The notes under the pieces: generated by a model
The model's input: only the letters and a program-made list of their open reading frames with translations
The model's database searches: none
What the model was told of the DNA's origin: nothing
In this document: positions 13,083 to 26,670 of the stretch, piece after piece
How positions within the stretch are numbered: the first letter of the stretch is position 1
How the letters are laid out: each line of letters begins with the position of its first letter
Assembly (NCBI GenBank): GCA_016748015.1
Contig: JAAOMT010000067.1
Location: forward strand, 62,001 to 126,000
Reading direction: 5' to 3'
Length of the DNA stretch: 64,000 bases
From: Geosiphon pyriformis uo1
Lineage: Eukaryota; Fungi; Glomeromycota
Position numbers and translations under genes: made by a program

Positions 13083-13844
13083 TTATTCATGATGAACTTC
13101 TCGATATTCTTGTATCAATGCACAACATCCAAAAAAACAATGTATGGCTACATCTTTACACATTGTTCCCTAACGAACCAAAGTTAAAATTGGGATTCAG
13201 TCATTATTTGACAGTTTGGAATAAAATCAATATTAAATACCTTTATATCCTGCTGCGATCGAATTTCACCACGTCCAAGAGCGGAAAAGCAGCATGATGA
13301 TCCATAGATGGAAAGAACGGTATATTGACAGCAATTTATTACCCCGGATTGTGGATTTGATTTCAGGTTTTCCATTGTTTTACCCTAAAGTCATATATTA
13401 CAAGATTTCAATTCAGATAAAATTAATTCGTAAAATTGAAACAATCATAAATAAACCATACATAAGTAATACATGGACATAGAAAAGTTTTAAAACCTAA
13501 AGAAACGATTAAATTGGTTTAAATGTTGTACTTTATATTATATTACAGTATATCAATCTTTACTTGAAATCTTTTAACTCACTCAATAAAGGAAGAACAA
13601 AACAATCAAAAAGACCATATTTCCATTTTCCACTTGATCTTTGAGTATTTTGTTTATCGAATTTTGAAAAATATACTACCATCGGTTGTGATGGTTTATA
13701 CTCGGTTTGTTGTTTTTGTGTCTCTTCTAATTCTACAAACCCGGAACTTGAAATCCTTGAGCTATTATATATTTTAGACGAATTTGGAGGCGTGTAAATT
13801 AATGGTGGTTGTTGGATAGTATTGTCAGCCATTTGATGAATCAT
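13083..13844 (-). CDS. PLAC8-family Cys-rich protein, 4 exons
   Basis: Spliced product ..GKWKYGLFDCFVLPLL/SFKTFLCPCITY/GKTMENL..CC..SCCFSALGRGEIRSQQDIK/GTMCKDVAIHCFFGCCALIQEYREVHHE*; GT-AG introns keep frame; start at 13844 or 13832. Confidence 0.9.
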
Positions 13845-15215
13845 TCAATGAAGTATTTGCAAAGGCTCAATATAGTATATATATATATATATATATATGA
13901 TAATTAAAATAATATGAAAATTTCAACTTATAAAAATAAATTTCATGGCCATTGGTCTAAATATCTGTTATTTAATATCTAAGTTTGAACTAGCAACGGT
14001 AAAACATTTTTATACATGTAAAGATTTCCAGTCTTATAATATTCGTATTAAAATAAATAAATAACGATTTTCTTTTTTCGGAATAAAGAAATCTGTAAAT
14101 AAATACAATAAGTTAGCGATTATCTTTATTTTGTATTATCAGTTGGAAAATCAAAAGATAAATACAATTTTTTGTTTGTATTATTTTCGGAGAAGGTTAG
14201 ATCCATAGATTTATCAATTATAACCCTAAATCTCATAACGTTAATTTATAGCCAAGCAATTTATTTATACAATTTGTGACAATCACTTTATTAAATGAAA
14301 CCAAAAGTTAATGAAAACACAGATTTCACAAGGATATTAATATGGATATTCATAATTTGGTTTGGGAGGAATATTAAAATATTTTAGATGTCAATGGAAT
14401 TAAGCCATCAGGATTTTGGTGATTTCGTCAAAATCATGAATATTACAAAATAGTAAGAATCGATATAAAGCAATTGATGAATCATAAAAAAAATCAAATA
14501 ATTTATTTATGTTCAAAATATTTTAATAAGGTGTAGTAATATTTATATATAGATTTCCAAAGAAATCCCATCAATTAAAAATTTTCCCAATTATTATATT
14601 TATGTCACATTATTAACGGTTTGTCTGCTCAAAAAAATAATTTGATTTTGTTTTTTCCATGATAAAACCGTAAATCTAAAAGACCGGTTAATCAGAAACA
14701 AAATATTTGGTTTTTAATATAGTAACAGTGATAGTGATAGTGATTTATCATCCTGTTTATTTTTATTGTTAAAAGCAATTTTCTATTTAAGTAAAAGTTT
14801 CAAACTTGAAAATATTTTATTAGTTCTTTGTAATATTTTATATAAAAATTTTGTTAATTTCAAGTTCAAATAACTGAAATAATTATTCATGCAGAAAAAT
14901 TCTAGAATGTTTAAAAAAAAAACTCTTTAGATTAATACTATTTATGTCAAAGTGAATACCGAAATCTACTATAAAATTTTTCACCTTTAATATTTAAAAT
15001 ATCTTTATATACAATTTTTTTGAAAAAGAGACGCTTTACAGTTAATAATAATCAGAATTGAAAATAGATGTAGGCGTCTTTAAAAAAGAAAAAAAATGAC
15101 ACTATATATGATATTTTATACTATATTTTAAACATAAATAAAAAACCGATTCCTCCTTCAATTTCTTTATCAGTTCCAAGTTAAATATCAAGAATAAGAT
15201 TATAGAAGTGCTTAT

Positions 15216-16010
15216 TTATTTCGTCGATTTAATCAGATCGATTACTAACTTAATCAAACGCCAAATCCAACTCTGAAAAAAAGGCCTTTGTAGTAAAAAA
15301 ATTCTCAAAAGATTAAAGAATAATAAATGAAAGCTTACCATTTGTATAAATGTAGGCTTCGAGATTATTTGACTTGTATATCTTGTCATATCTTGGATAC
15401 CACCTTGTATCTCTTTGGAATCAAGTTTTTTTCTACAGACAGACTCATTTAAGTTACAGTTATCGCGAGTAGCAATAACTGTTTGTTGAAGTTCTTCTCC
15501 ACTGTCACGGCAAAATGGACTCTTCTTCCAATTTTTTTCAATCATATTTAGAATACATTGAGGTGTATGCTTTTCGATTATAGGGCACTTTCCCTGAATT
15601 ATATCTATTTGAATTTACATACGATTTTTAATATCATTCCACGGTCTTTCTCCTGAAATAATTTCCCAGGAAATGATAGCAAAGCTGCATATATTGCTAT
15701 GTTCAAGATATTCAAAAACATCCTAATTATTATTAGACTAGCAAACGTAATCAGCAGAATGACAGAGTCCAAGATCAGAAATAACGAGATTCGATTTCAA
15801 AATAAGGATATTTTTAGGATGCAAATTTCCATGCACTAGTTCTGATTCATGCGTAAACTTTAGGCAATTAGCGATTTGAAAACCAGTATGAAAAAATATT
15901 TCCCAAGTAAAAGTATTTTTGTCCACAAGACCAAATCTTTTTCTTTTATTTTATCTAAAAATTTAATCTTGTTAGAAGAAATCCATTCCAAGCAGCCTTT
16001 GCAGCTTTCA
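15216..16010 (-). pseudogene. Tyrosine-kinase-like kinase pseudogene with internal deletions
   Basis: CLEWIS (about 15975-15995), LVHGNLHPKNILI..ISDLGL, SFAIISWEIISGERPW, HTPQCILNMIEKNW; inverted paralog of 20930-22290. Confidence 0.85.
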
Positions 16011-17009
16011 GAATTTGTTATATATACATACATTTTATATATTAATTAATATTCATAATAATACTGTTGAAATGAATTCACAACTTGAGAATCAATGCTT
16101 TGTTAGTTTTTATTACATTCTTTTAATTATAAATTTCTAAATAATTTTTTCAAATAAATATTTTTTCATTCTTATATGGGACAAATATAACCATTTTGTT
16201 TTAAATTCAGTTAAAAAAAAGTTAATTAAGATGATTATAAACATTAGACTAATTAGCATCTCTGATACTGCTTATAGTCTTGTTATGTGGATAGTCTCCA
16301 TTGCTACTTGTATTGTATTTTCCAGATTTTAGTTTTCTTTTCATAATAAAGTGAGTATGAAAAAAAAACTTACCAAGAATTGGTTCAAATAAAAATTTTT
16401 ATGAGGGTGTGAAATAACAATTGTGTAAAGTTGGTGTTGGAAGATAGTATCCCATCCTGTCTGCACTGAGATTTGTCATGAAGACTGACAATGTAGAGCT
16501 CAGCAGATCAAATAACAATGTCTGTTGAGATACACTCATCAAATATCACATTAAAGCACATAGAATAATTATATTTTGCTTGCAAAAATTTCCCAATCGA
16601 ATGATTCTATACACTGTAAACAGATCACGCTTAAAAGCTATAATTAGATTACAAGCATAATTAGAATAGATGCACTTTTAGAAGTTTACATAAAAGACCT
16701 TACAATGGAACACTGACCTATTAGAAAAAGACAAAAAACCAGATTGTTATAAGCACGGACGCTAACCGTCTGATCAGAGGCATTTTTCATTTTTAAAAAG
16801 ATTATTTCATAGCTCCGATTTTCTACATTTTGGTGGTCTGACCTTTGTCATTAGCAAATACCTGATTTTCTGGCCTATGAATGTGTACCCTGCAAAGTGT
16901 GGTTTTATTTTCTACAGTGGATCAAATTTGCCTTTGTGTTCCAATAAACTATTTAATAGTTAGATGCTGTGTGAGTGTAAGTCATAATGAACCATACCAA
17001 AAAAATGAA

Positions 17010-17270
17010 CTTAACCAAGTCCAAAAACTATAATCTACGCAATCTTTAATTTATATTCCCAACTCATAGAATGAAAATTTGTTGATAAATATTTCCGGAT
17101 GTCTCATTTTTGGGAATTCGCTTGTATTTTTTAGGGCTTCGCATAATCTTATCATTAATACGTGATGATATTTCAAGCTTTTGCAATATGATTTAGCATT
17201 AAAAATGCCCCTAATAGAATTTTCAAGATTTTGAATCTTTGTGATGACTTTCACACTTTAAATCGATGTA
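17010..17270 (-). pseudogene. Further degenerate kinase N-lobe fragment
   Basis: KIQNLENSIRGIFN..KSYCK and, in another frame, RKYLSTNFHSMSWEYKLKIA*IIVFGL resemble subdomains II-VIa of this kinase family. Confidence 0.45.
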
Positions 17271-19793
17271 TTCAGGTAATTTAACATTAAAGTCAAAATC
17301 CCATATGGGGATTATGACATAATCCCTTTTCACTTAGCTGATACAAAAACTCTAAAAGCATATGTGTTATTTAAGGAAAAAAAAACTCCAAGATAGAAAT
17401 TAAGCAGCCAATGATGATATCTCGCACTTCGAAATTAGTAATATTTTGTTACTCATCTACGGATATGCTGAACTTTGAGAAATTATATCGATTTGTTTAA
17501 CAAATTTCAGTTCGGAGGCAATATTGAGTAAGTATAAACTTTAGAAATTGCAATCATCTTTTTAATAATTAATCATGAGAAAATTAACGAAATATATCAT
17601 TTAATCCTCTCGCAATTTTGAAACAAAAATGGAACCACCAAGGAGCGATGTAACAAAAGCTATTGTGGGTATTTTTCACGTTTTCAAGAAAAATTTAAAG
17701 AAATTTTACTATTGACCAGCCCAGAATTTTTTGAGCTGTATATAATTTGCCAATTAGAAAATATCTTTGTACCGCTTTTCATTAATAATGGAGTCTGTGT
17801 GAAGCTAGTCGATTGAAAATAAATTTATTTAGGCTAAAATTAATCAACCACTTGCAAATTTTTTGTATAAGTATTCAAAGTTTTCCGCTTATTATTATGG
17901 CATCATTACAAATGAGGAAAATTTTACATCCCACCCTCGATAGTGAGGATTATTGCGACTATAACAGCAATCAAAGAATATTACACTGAATTAATAAATA
18001 ATCAAGAAAACTTAATTGAAGTTTATCTGGCTAGGAAGATCTTGCTAATTTGAAAGACCTTATTAAGTTGGTTTCTACTTTTAATTTCCATTCTTTTCAA
18101 ATTTGAGATCTTTAATATATCCAGAGTGCCAATTTGATCCATTGGTCTTTAACAGTGACTTGACTACTTTACAATGTCTAAAAACACTATAATTTAAGTA
18201 TTGTACCAGTTTGAAAGACCTTGTCTTTACTCGCAAGGAAAATTTTGATTTTCCACAGTTAACAACGTTCTTTATGATGTGAGAGAAAGGAAGATTTTTA
18301 CCCATAAAGATTAAATGTGACAAAGTTGAATCTTTGTCCAAATTTTTTGGGAATCCTGCACAGAATTTACAAGGAATTTGTTTATCTCACGTTTTCCTTG
18401 TATTCAACCCCAGTCTTTTGCAAATATTCTTAAACTTCTGTGTTCTCGAAAAACATATTAAATGAGCTTAAGAGATTAAAGGTGCTCATTTCGAACTTAG
18501 AATTAGAACGCCCTAATATTAATAGTAAATATGATAGTTACTAAAAACAGGAAATCTAAAATTTCGAAAATATTGTGCCAGATCTAGGTCTTCATATTTC
18601 TTACAATTTTCAACGGTTTAAAATGGCAGATTTCATCAGAATTTGTCAAACTGCCAAATGAATTGCGATTTTTTGTCTTTCAAAACCTGAAAAGGTATTA
18701 TGACTTGATGCATAAAGAAGCATATTAGATGGAAAGAGAATTATTGAAGGATGGATAGAGAATTTGTTTGTGAAAATTTACCTAAAACTGCTGCCTTGAT
18801 TTCAAAAAATAGTTTAGGGTTTTGGGAATTTATAAGAGCTGTTAAGGAGTGTCTAAAAAAATTTTAATGAATATATAATGATAGATGAAGCACTAAAGTG
18901 TAATTTATAAAAAACATTAAAGATTAAATCTTGAATCTCGAACTCACAATAATTTAATTTAATTTTAACATAGTGAGATTGTTTTTAAAAAATAATTATG
19001 AGTATTGGTGCAACAAGATATTAATTAAAAAAGATCGCAGAAAAATGATTAATAAAATGCCTGAAAAAAAAAAAGAAGTCTGTTTGTCAACAAAAATCAA
19101 ATATATAACTGAATTTACGAGTTCCTAAAACACGTTTTAATCATCTTACTCATAATGATCTCTACTTCTAAAATTTATCAATGAAAAAATTATAAGTTAA
19201 AAAACCCAACCTCAAGAGTCTTATAATTACAATCAGAAAGTCTATTTTGAAAAACTTGACTGAAAAAATCTTATGATTGTAAAGGGTGTGAATTTTATTT
19301 GAAAAATATTCTAGATTTCAATTTTTAATACAGCAGGGACTAATTTCTGATGTCATTAATGGGAATTTCTTAAATTAAGATAATATTAAGCTAAAAATGA
19401 TATTTAGATACAGTAAATAGCATTTTGTAAGTATTTTTTAATAGATTCGTTATAGAAGCTAATTGATGGATGGTAAAATGACTCAAAGAAAACTTAATAT
19501 TATTTAAAAAGATATACATGAAACCAATTAATTGCTAGATTTTTTCATGTTAATTGATTAAAAGCAATTTCTAAATAATGATTTAATTATCGATTCATTA
19601 AAACTTAAGATAAAACTCACCCTTAATTCCTGTATGAATTATATAATTCTTTGGGGGTTACGTCTTTTCAAGGTCTAGCCTTTCAGGGAATGTGATTCTA
19701 GTTTGAAATCCTTATTTATTAGCGAGACGAACACTTCTTTACCCATAGAAAATATTCAAAGGTTCGACAATCTATTTTTATTACTTGAAAATC

Positions 19794-21900
19794 ATGTCTT
19801 CAACTTCATTAATTGAAAATGCAACTTCACCCATCGACTGGGTTGAAGGAGCATTTATTGTCATCAAAGAAAATATGCACATTTTCACATCTAGTGAATA
19901 TTCAAAAGTTGCTCGATAGACTATATTTTGCTCGGCTTTTCTTTAGAATATGGGATTGAAACTATTCCTAATCTAACAAAGCATTTTTAGAATTTCAGAA
20001 AGCAGCGGAGGCAAACAATTCTTTTGATCAATTCTTCTTAGGTTATTGTTATAATAATGGAATCGGTACCTCACAAGATCGAGGAAAAGCATTTGAGCTC
20101 TATTCAAAAGCGGGTAATACAAATACACTAAACAACCTTGGAATTTGTTATAATTATGGATGGGGAACAACGAAAAATGAGGAAAAAGCATTCGAACTCT
20201 ATTCAAAAGCAGCAGAGGTGGGAAGTTTACTTGGGCAAATCAACCTTAGAGTATATTATCCAAATGGACTGGAAACAATGAAAGATCCGAAAAAAGTGGG
20301 AAATTGGAGTCCACAAACCAATATTGGAATGCATTATCGAAATAGATGGGGAACAGCGAAAAATCTACAAGAAGCATTTAAATTCTATTTAATAGCAACA
20401 CAGGCTGGAAATTAAAATGAACAATACAACCTTGGATGGTGTTATCAAAATGGATGGGAGACCACAAAAAATCTAGAAAAAGTACTTGAGATCTATTTGA
20501 AAGCAGCAGAAACAAATAACTTAAGTTATCAAAGTGATTTTCCTGATTTGAATGCCCTTGACCACACTTTGCAGGATCAAAATGACTTAGAACGTTTCAT
20601 TTTGCAATTACAAAATCGAGGTTTAAAATGCTCGGGTAATTCTAGAGGAGTGTTTTTAGATTGAAGCTTTCTTTGACAAGCTTTCAGATGAATTCAAGTG
20701 TCTTAAATGTGGTAACTTGGCTATAATTATTACTGGATCTCCTATATGTTCATTATGTGATACTGATAAAAGTGATAATGTATTTGAAGCCGGGTTGCTA
20801 AAATTTCCAGAATGCTATCTCACAATTTGGTGTAAATATTGTGAATCATCACGATTATCAAACATGCAGGAAACATGGACTAGTGGGAATAATCATATTA
20901 ATCATATAATTCATACCCAGTGCATTTCAAAAGCTGCAGGGAATGCTTGGAATGGATTTCTCCCGACAAAATTAAACTTTTGAATAAGGTAGAGGATTTG
21001 GGGTTGTTAAAGAAGGTATATGGAAGAGAGGCAAATTCTATTTTGGGGCAAGAAAAATTAAAAGTATGAGAGAAGTGGGTTTACGAGAGTTGCTTTGAAA
21101 TGTCTTAAAAATAGCCAAAACATAGAATATGTCAATTCCATCGAGGTAATTTTATTTTAGAAAATTTTCTGATTTTTATTATTCCCTTTTATTTTTCTAA
21201 CACTAGAAAACGCACTGAAATAGTTTATTGCCCAATTTGACTGTGCCCCTTGCAAATACATTCTTGAATGCTATGGAATAACTAAAGATGCTATAGCCGA
21301 TGAATTTATTATGGTTTTACCATTTGCGGAACACGGAGACCTTAGAGCTTTTCTCATGATGAACGAAACCACTCTTACTTGGGAAATGTTTCTTCTTACT
21401 CTTTTCTAAATCGTTAGTTGTCTAAGATTTATACATGATTCAAATCTGGTGTATGGCGACTTACATCCTGGAAATATTCTTGTATTGAAAACAAACCTCT
21501 TAAAAGTTGCCATTGCTGACCTAGGATTTCACAGCCTGGGGAAACTTTTAGTGTTGTTCGATACCTCGCACCTGAAATTTGTAACTTGGAGGCTCATACC
21601 AAGTATATTTATGTCCATTCAATTATATACAATTCAGAAAAGGCGCCCTTTAATCGAAAAGCATACACCTCAATGTATTCAGGAAATGATTGAAAAAAAT
21701 TGGGGTGATAAATCGCATTGCCGTGATAGTGCAGAAGAACTTCAACAAAGAGTTTATTGCTGCTCACGATAACTGTAACTTAAATGAATCTATCTGTAGA
21801 AAAAAAAAATTTCAAAAAGATACAAGATACGACATTTGATAAAAGTCAAAAAAATCTCAAGCCTTACATTTTTTACAAATTGTAAGCTTTTCATTTATTA
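19794..21900 (+). pseudogene. Sel1 repeats + Cys-rich linker + tyrosine-kinase-like kinase, disrupted
   Basis: ATG at 19794; about 6 Sel1 repeats (NNLGICYNYGWGTTKNEEKAFELYSKAAE); CxxC pairs; WTSGN..CLEWI; intron at about 21145-21223; YGITKD..HGDL..YGDLHPGNIL..ADLG; several stops and frameshifts. Confidence 0.9.
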
Positions 21901-23590
21901 TTATTTAATTTTTTTTGAGAATTTTTTACTACAAAGGCCTTTTTTCAGAGTTGGATTTGGCGTTTAGTTAAGTTAGCAATGATGGATTAATGCATTGTAT
22001 GGTATATATGGCAATCGATAAATTCAAGGTCTGATTAAACCGACGAGATCAGTAAGCAATTTAATAATGCTATTATTGGTATTTAACTTTGAAACAGATG
22101 AAGAATTTTGAGAGAGGAATCGGTTTTTTATTTATGTTTAAAATATAGTATAGAATATCATATATAGTGTCATTTTTATATCTTTTTTAAAGACGCCTAC
22201 ATCAATTTTCAAGTCTGAGAATTATTAACTGTAAAGCGTCTCTTTTTTAAAAAAAAATTATATATAAACATATTTTAAATGTTAAAAGGTGGAAAAATTT
22301 ATATTTGGGATAAACTAATAAATATTCCTTCTATAAACTTCAATCTTATAAATTTTATTTTCAAATTATTTTTAACTTGTAATATTTTAATTTCACTCAT
22401 AAGGATTGGGAATGAGAATGGCTGGTCTTAAATCTTTACCAGGTTAAATACTGATATAAATATAAATTTTCATTTACAAGTTTAGCCATTTTCACTTATG
22501 AATAATTTTCAAATGAATATGATGTTGTCATACGACGGTTGAGAGTCTTTTAAGCTTTTTTAATGATAATAAAAATAAGAATGTATAATCTTATTTTAAA
22601 GTCATTGATATATTCTTTGTCTTAACTCTATATACAAAATTAAAAATAATATTTAAAATGTAAAAAAAAAAATTGATTTTTTTAGAAAAATAAATTAATC
22701 AATGATTCAAAATTATTAATATTTGGGATAAATACAATTTATTAAACCAATGTTTTTTAGTTAAAATTACTTTTAAAATTAATTTTTATTCATAAAATTT
22801 AATAACTTCAAAGTTATTTAATTAGCCAAACTATCAAAAAAAAAAGTGTTTTATAAATAATGTGAAAAATAAACTTTTAACAAGAAATCATATAAATTAT
22901 AACTAAGAAATTTAAATATAATAACAAAACAATTATATAGCATAAAATTACAATTAAACAAATAATAATTGTTTTCGAACATTGAAAAAATATTTATAAA
23001 AATATTAATGACCTTTAAAAAAAAACAGCAAAAATAGCAACATTTAATTAGTAATAAAAAATTATTAAATATTACAGACAATTCTAAACTCATTGTGCAC
23101 AATAATTTGAAATACTAAAAAAGTGTAAAACTAACACTTTGAATACATTTCAAAAATCAAATTATCAACAAATTTTTGAAAACCAGAATATTTCAATAAT
23201 AAAACAAAAACTAATAGAAAAGTTTATTGACAATTTTGCACAAGAGCTCAATAAAAATACATACTCCAAAAATATAATTACAATATCAAACAATGCTGTA
23301 AAAAATATTATTTATTAAATCATAAATAAATTTGATAAAACAATTTTCACAAACCTAGAAAAAAAAAGTTGTTTAATTTTTATTAACTCGATTAAAACCA
23401 TTTCGTCTAAATTAACAGCAAGATTAATTAACAAACTAAAAATTAAAAACTCTTTTTAGTTACATTAATCTCACTTGTTTTAAACATGTTTTAATTTCAG
23501 AACCGTTTTTTATATATTTTGAGTCATTATTAAAGGGTGAATATAAAATTCAAAGAACATTTTGATGTATCTTTTAAATTTTTAATTATT

Positions 23591-23631
<41 letters not shown>

Positions 23632-23755
23632 TAAATTAACCAATCATTAATAGATAAAACAACTATTTATTCCCTTAAAATTTTAGGACATTATGGCAAA
23701 TTCGCCTATATGTAACATAAAGATAAAAATAAAATTTTAATTTATAAAATATTTT

Positions 23756-25193
23756 TTAACCAGGAATTGCACAATTTTCCATCATATATCCAAAATATGG
23801 GCCATTGTGAGGATTTTGATTAGGTGATGGTTTTTCAAGATATGAATTTGAATATTTATTGTTACATGACTAGTAAAATTTTTTAAGAAAAAATAAATTA
23901 GAATATTATATTATGTCATGAAAATCTCAAGAAAAATGGAAACATACAGAATGTTCAGTTCCGCTCGGTGAAATACAAAGGAAAGTATTAAGTGACTCAT
24001 CCGTATCACCAAAATTATTATTATTGTCATTATTAAGGCAATCACAGTCTTCTGTGCCAGAAATCCAGATTTCTTGCTGATGGTGGGTATGTTCTTGATG
24101 AAAGAACAATGGAACATAATCGTCGGCATGGGTAACTCGATTAACTTTAAGCTTCGAGTCAACGTACTCTGCAAATCGAGAATCACCGATACGTGGTCCT
24201 CCGAATGTAGTGACTTCAACATATCTATCAGGGTTCATTTCTAATAGTGAAAGTGCCGCGAATACCGCATACGCTGAAAATAAAATTATGAAAATTAACA
24301 AAAAGGATAAGAAATTCTTTGGATAGATTTGTTGAATTTTAATTTAAAAATTTTTATAAAATTTATTTAAAGTAACATTATCCTTACCACCACCCTCGCC
24401 ATGCCCAGTGAACAAATATATATGATTCTTAAATCGTTCGTTTATTATATAATACCATAATTGATCTAAAACTCGAAACTTTTTAAGCATATCACGCCAA
24501 TTAAATTGATCTGAAATCATCCCGCTGTTTTTCGGATTTTTCAAATCACCATCGTTCTCCGTTTCATAAAGGACTGGTTTATTTTCCGCCTCAAGTTTTA
24601 TCATTATTTCGTAGGTTAACTTTCTACCTTTGAATGCTGCAATTATTGCGTCACGCGGTGGGCTATCTCCTAAGTAAATTGGTGATGGACTATAAAATAC
24701 TTGAACTTCGACGGGTATTAAATAAGAATATATGAATTGATGATAGATTTTTTAACTTTAAACTTTTAAAATATCAAAAATTCTTAAAAATTTGAAAACA
24801 CCTACCTTGTGCATCAGGAAGTACATGAGGGATATAGTTAAATTCCTGATAACAAAAAACTCTTCGAGCAAAAGATGCCATTAATTTGAGAAATTTTAAC
24901 TTTGATTTTGATTTAAGTGGAATTATTCTATAAGGTGGTAAATTCTCTTCGGAACTTCTCTTTGAAGTTGTTTCGATAAAGGATGATGTTGAACCATTGA
25001 AATTAATAGATAAGTTTAAAAAATTAGGATTAAGCAAACTTCGAGATTCACGATTGAACCTAATTTTTAGAAAAATATATAACCATACTAGTATGATTAA
25101 TAATTTTATCCAAAAAATATATCGATTTCCACAAATTTTTAAAAGTCTATCTGACTTTTCAAATAAGATTCCTCTGTAAATTCTAAAGTTCAT
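23756..25193 (-). CDS. Class 3 lipase-like protein with N-terminal TM anchor and GHGEGG in place of GHSxGG; 4 exons
   Basis: TM YIFWIKLLIILVWLYIFL; IIAAFKG; FTGHGEGG/AYAVFAAL; VTTFGGPRIGD; RVTHADDYVP; EIWI; PHNGPYFG..C; GT-AG introns keep frame. Confidence 0.88.
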
Positions 25194-26464
25194 TTTAAGT
25201 TGAATAGAAAAGTGACATTATTTTTGATACCATTGTGAATATATTCGAGACATATTATGTTTCACAAATTTCGAAACAAAACAAATTTATCTGTTACTAG
25301 AAAATCCTCCTTTGGGAGAAAAATATTTTTTGATTTGTCGTTGATAATGTGACGATCCTAAGAAAACAAACATTAAGACATTGGAGATATATAATTTTAG
25401 GAAATAAATATTTAATTTTCTGAAAAAAACCAGTTTTTTAGCTAAATAAAAATTTAGTAAAAAGTTAATTCTTACATAATAATATAAATACTTAAAGATT
25501 TATTTTTTGTTAATCTTACTATATTTAAAACTAATATATTATAAACTAAAGTTGTATTGAAAAATTAATCATATTTTATTTCAATAGAAATAATAAATAT
25601 TAGAAAATAGCATAAATTTTTTATAAGAATATAAATGAATATGTTATGAGTTGGAACAGGATTTGAGTTGATTTGGGATTTTAATTTAACTTGAGTTAAT
25701 TCGGAATCCTTAATTCAACACTGTGTTGATTCCGAATCAACTCAACCAATTACATTATTTGATTAATTGGCCAGTAAAAAGTTTCCCTTTCATTAGCCAA
25801 TCAAAAAAATCAAAGTTTTGATATTTGACGCATTTTTTTATTATCATATCTAATAATTCTAATTATTTGTTTCGATTCTCACAAGCATTGTTACTAATCA
25901 CCATGACATCGTGCACCACATAAAACCCCGGCTTTCTACAGCTCCCTTTACAATTGCATTGATAATCTGTCATTTCCCCCTGACTTTGGCATAAGGCTGC
26001 TTCACGTAAAGAAATAAAAATGTTTGGTATTTCTCGTAATTCTGGAAAATCAGTAGCCTTAGTAGGCATTAACTCTGTTGCGTGGTAAGAATATTTTAAT
26101 ATTCCTGACTTGTATCCCAGTCTATATAATCTTTCATTAACAGTTCCGATCTCTTTGTAGATGAGGAGCTTTCTATCAGTACCTGAACGATCGATCTTTA
26201 GAATCCCAATTCGCACGAAATCTCCAATCTTATAAGATATTTTCCGCTTTGCATTTTTAGGCAGCATTACTTTAGCGTTATTGACATATTGGTTGCAAAT
26301 AATAAAAAACATTACCTCGTCTCTTGAAAATATAACAGAAGAAACATGAGAGTTATTAAAGTGAGTACTAGTATTTTTTAAGAGATTGCTTGGTTCTTCC
26401 ACTCGTGACTTGATTCCTCTTCAATATTATTTACTATGTTACATCATTGCTGCTAGTTTAGTGG

Positions 26465-26670
26465 TCGTTGCCACTGCTTCCGGTTATTCTGTTGCGACCA
26501 CTGGACATCTTGCTACTGCTGCTGGTCAACTTGTCACCCGTTATCTTGCCACTGCTGTTGGTTATCCTGTCGCTGGTTATCTTGTTGCTACTGCTGGTTA
26601 TTCTGTCGCCCATTATCTTGTTTGCTGCTGGTCATCTTGTTGCTGCGACCTGTCTTGCTGCTGGTCACTA
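26465..26670. repeat. Imperfect 15-21 bp tandem repeat encoding (DNQQQ.Q)n in the Ginger ORF
   Basis: Recurrent tcttgctactgctgctggt / tatcttgccactgctgttggt units. Confidence 0.75.

Noticed and set aside
16240-16980. Coding-like, GC-richer stretch with a splice-donor-like site
   Set aside because: No recognisable motif in any frame; needs a translated search.
17380-18900. Possible further degenerate gene
   Set aside because: Too fragmented to assign.
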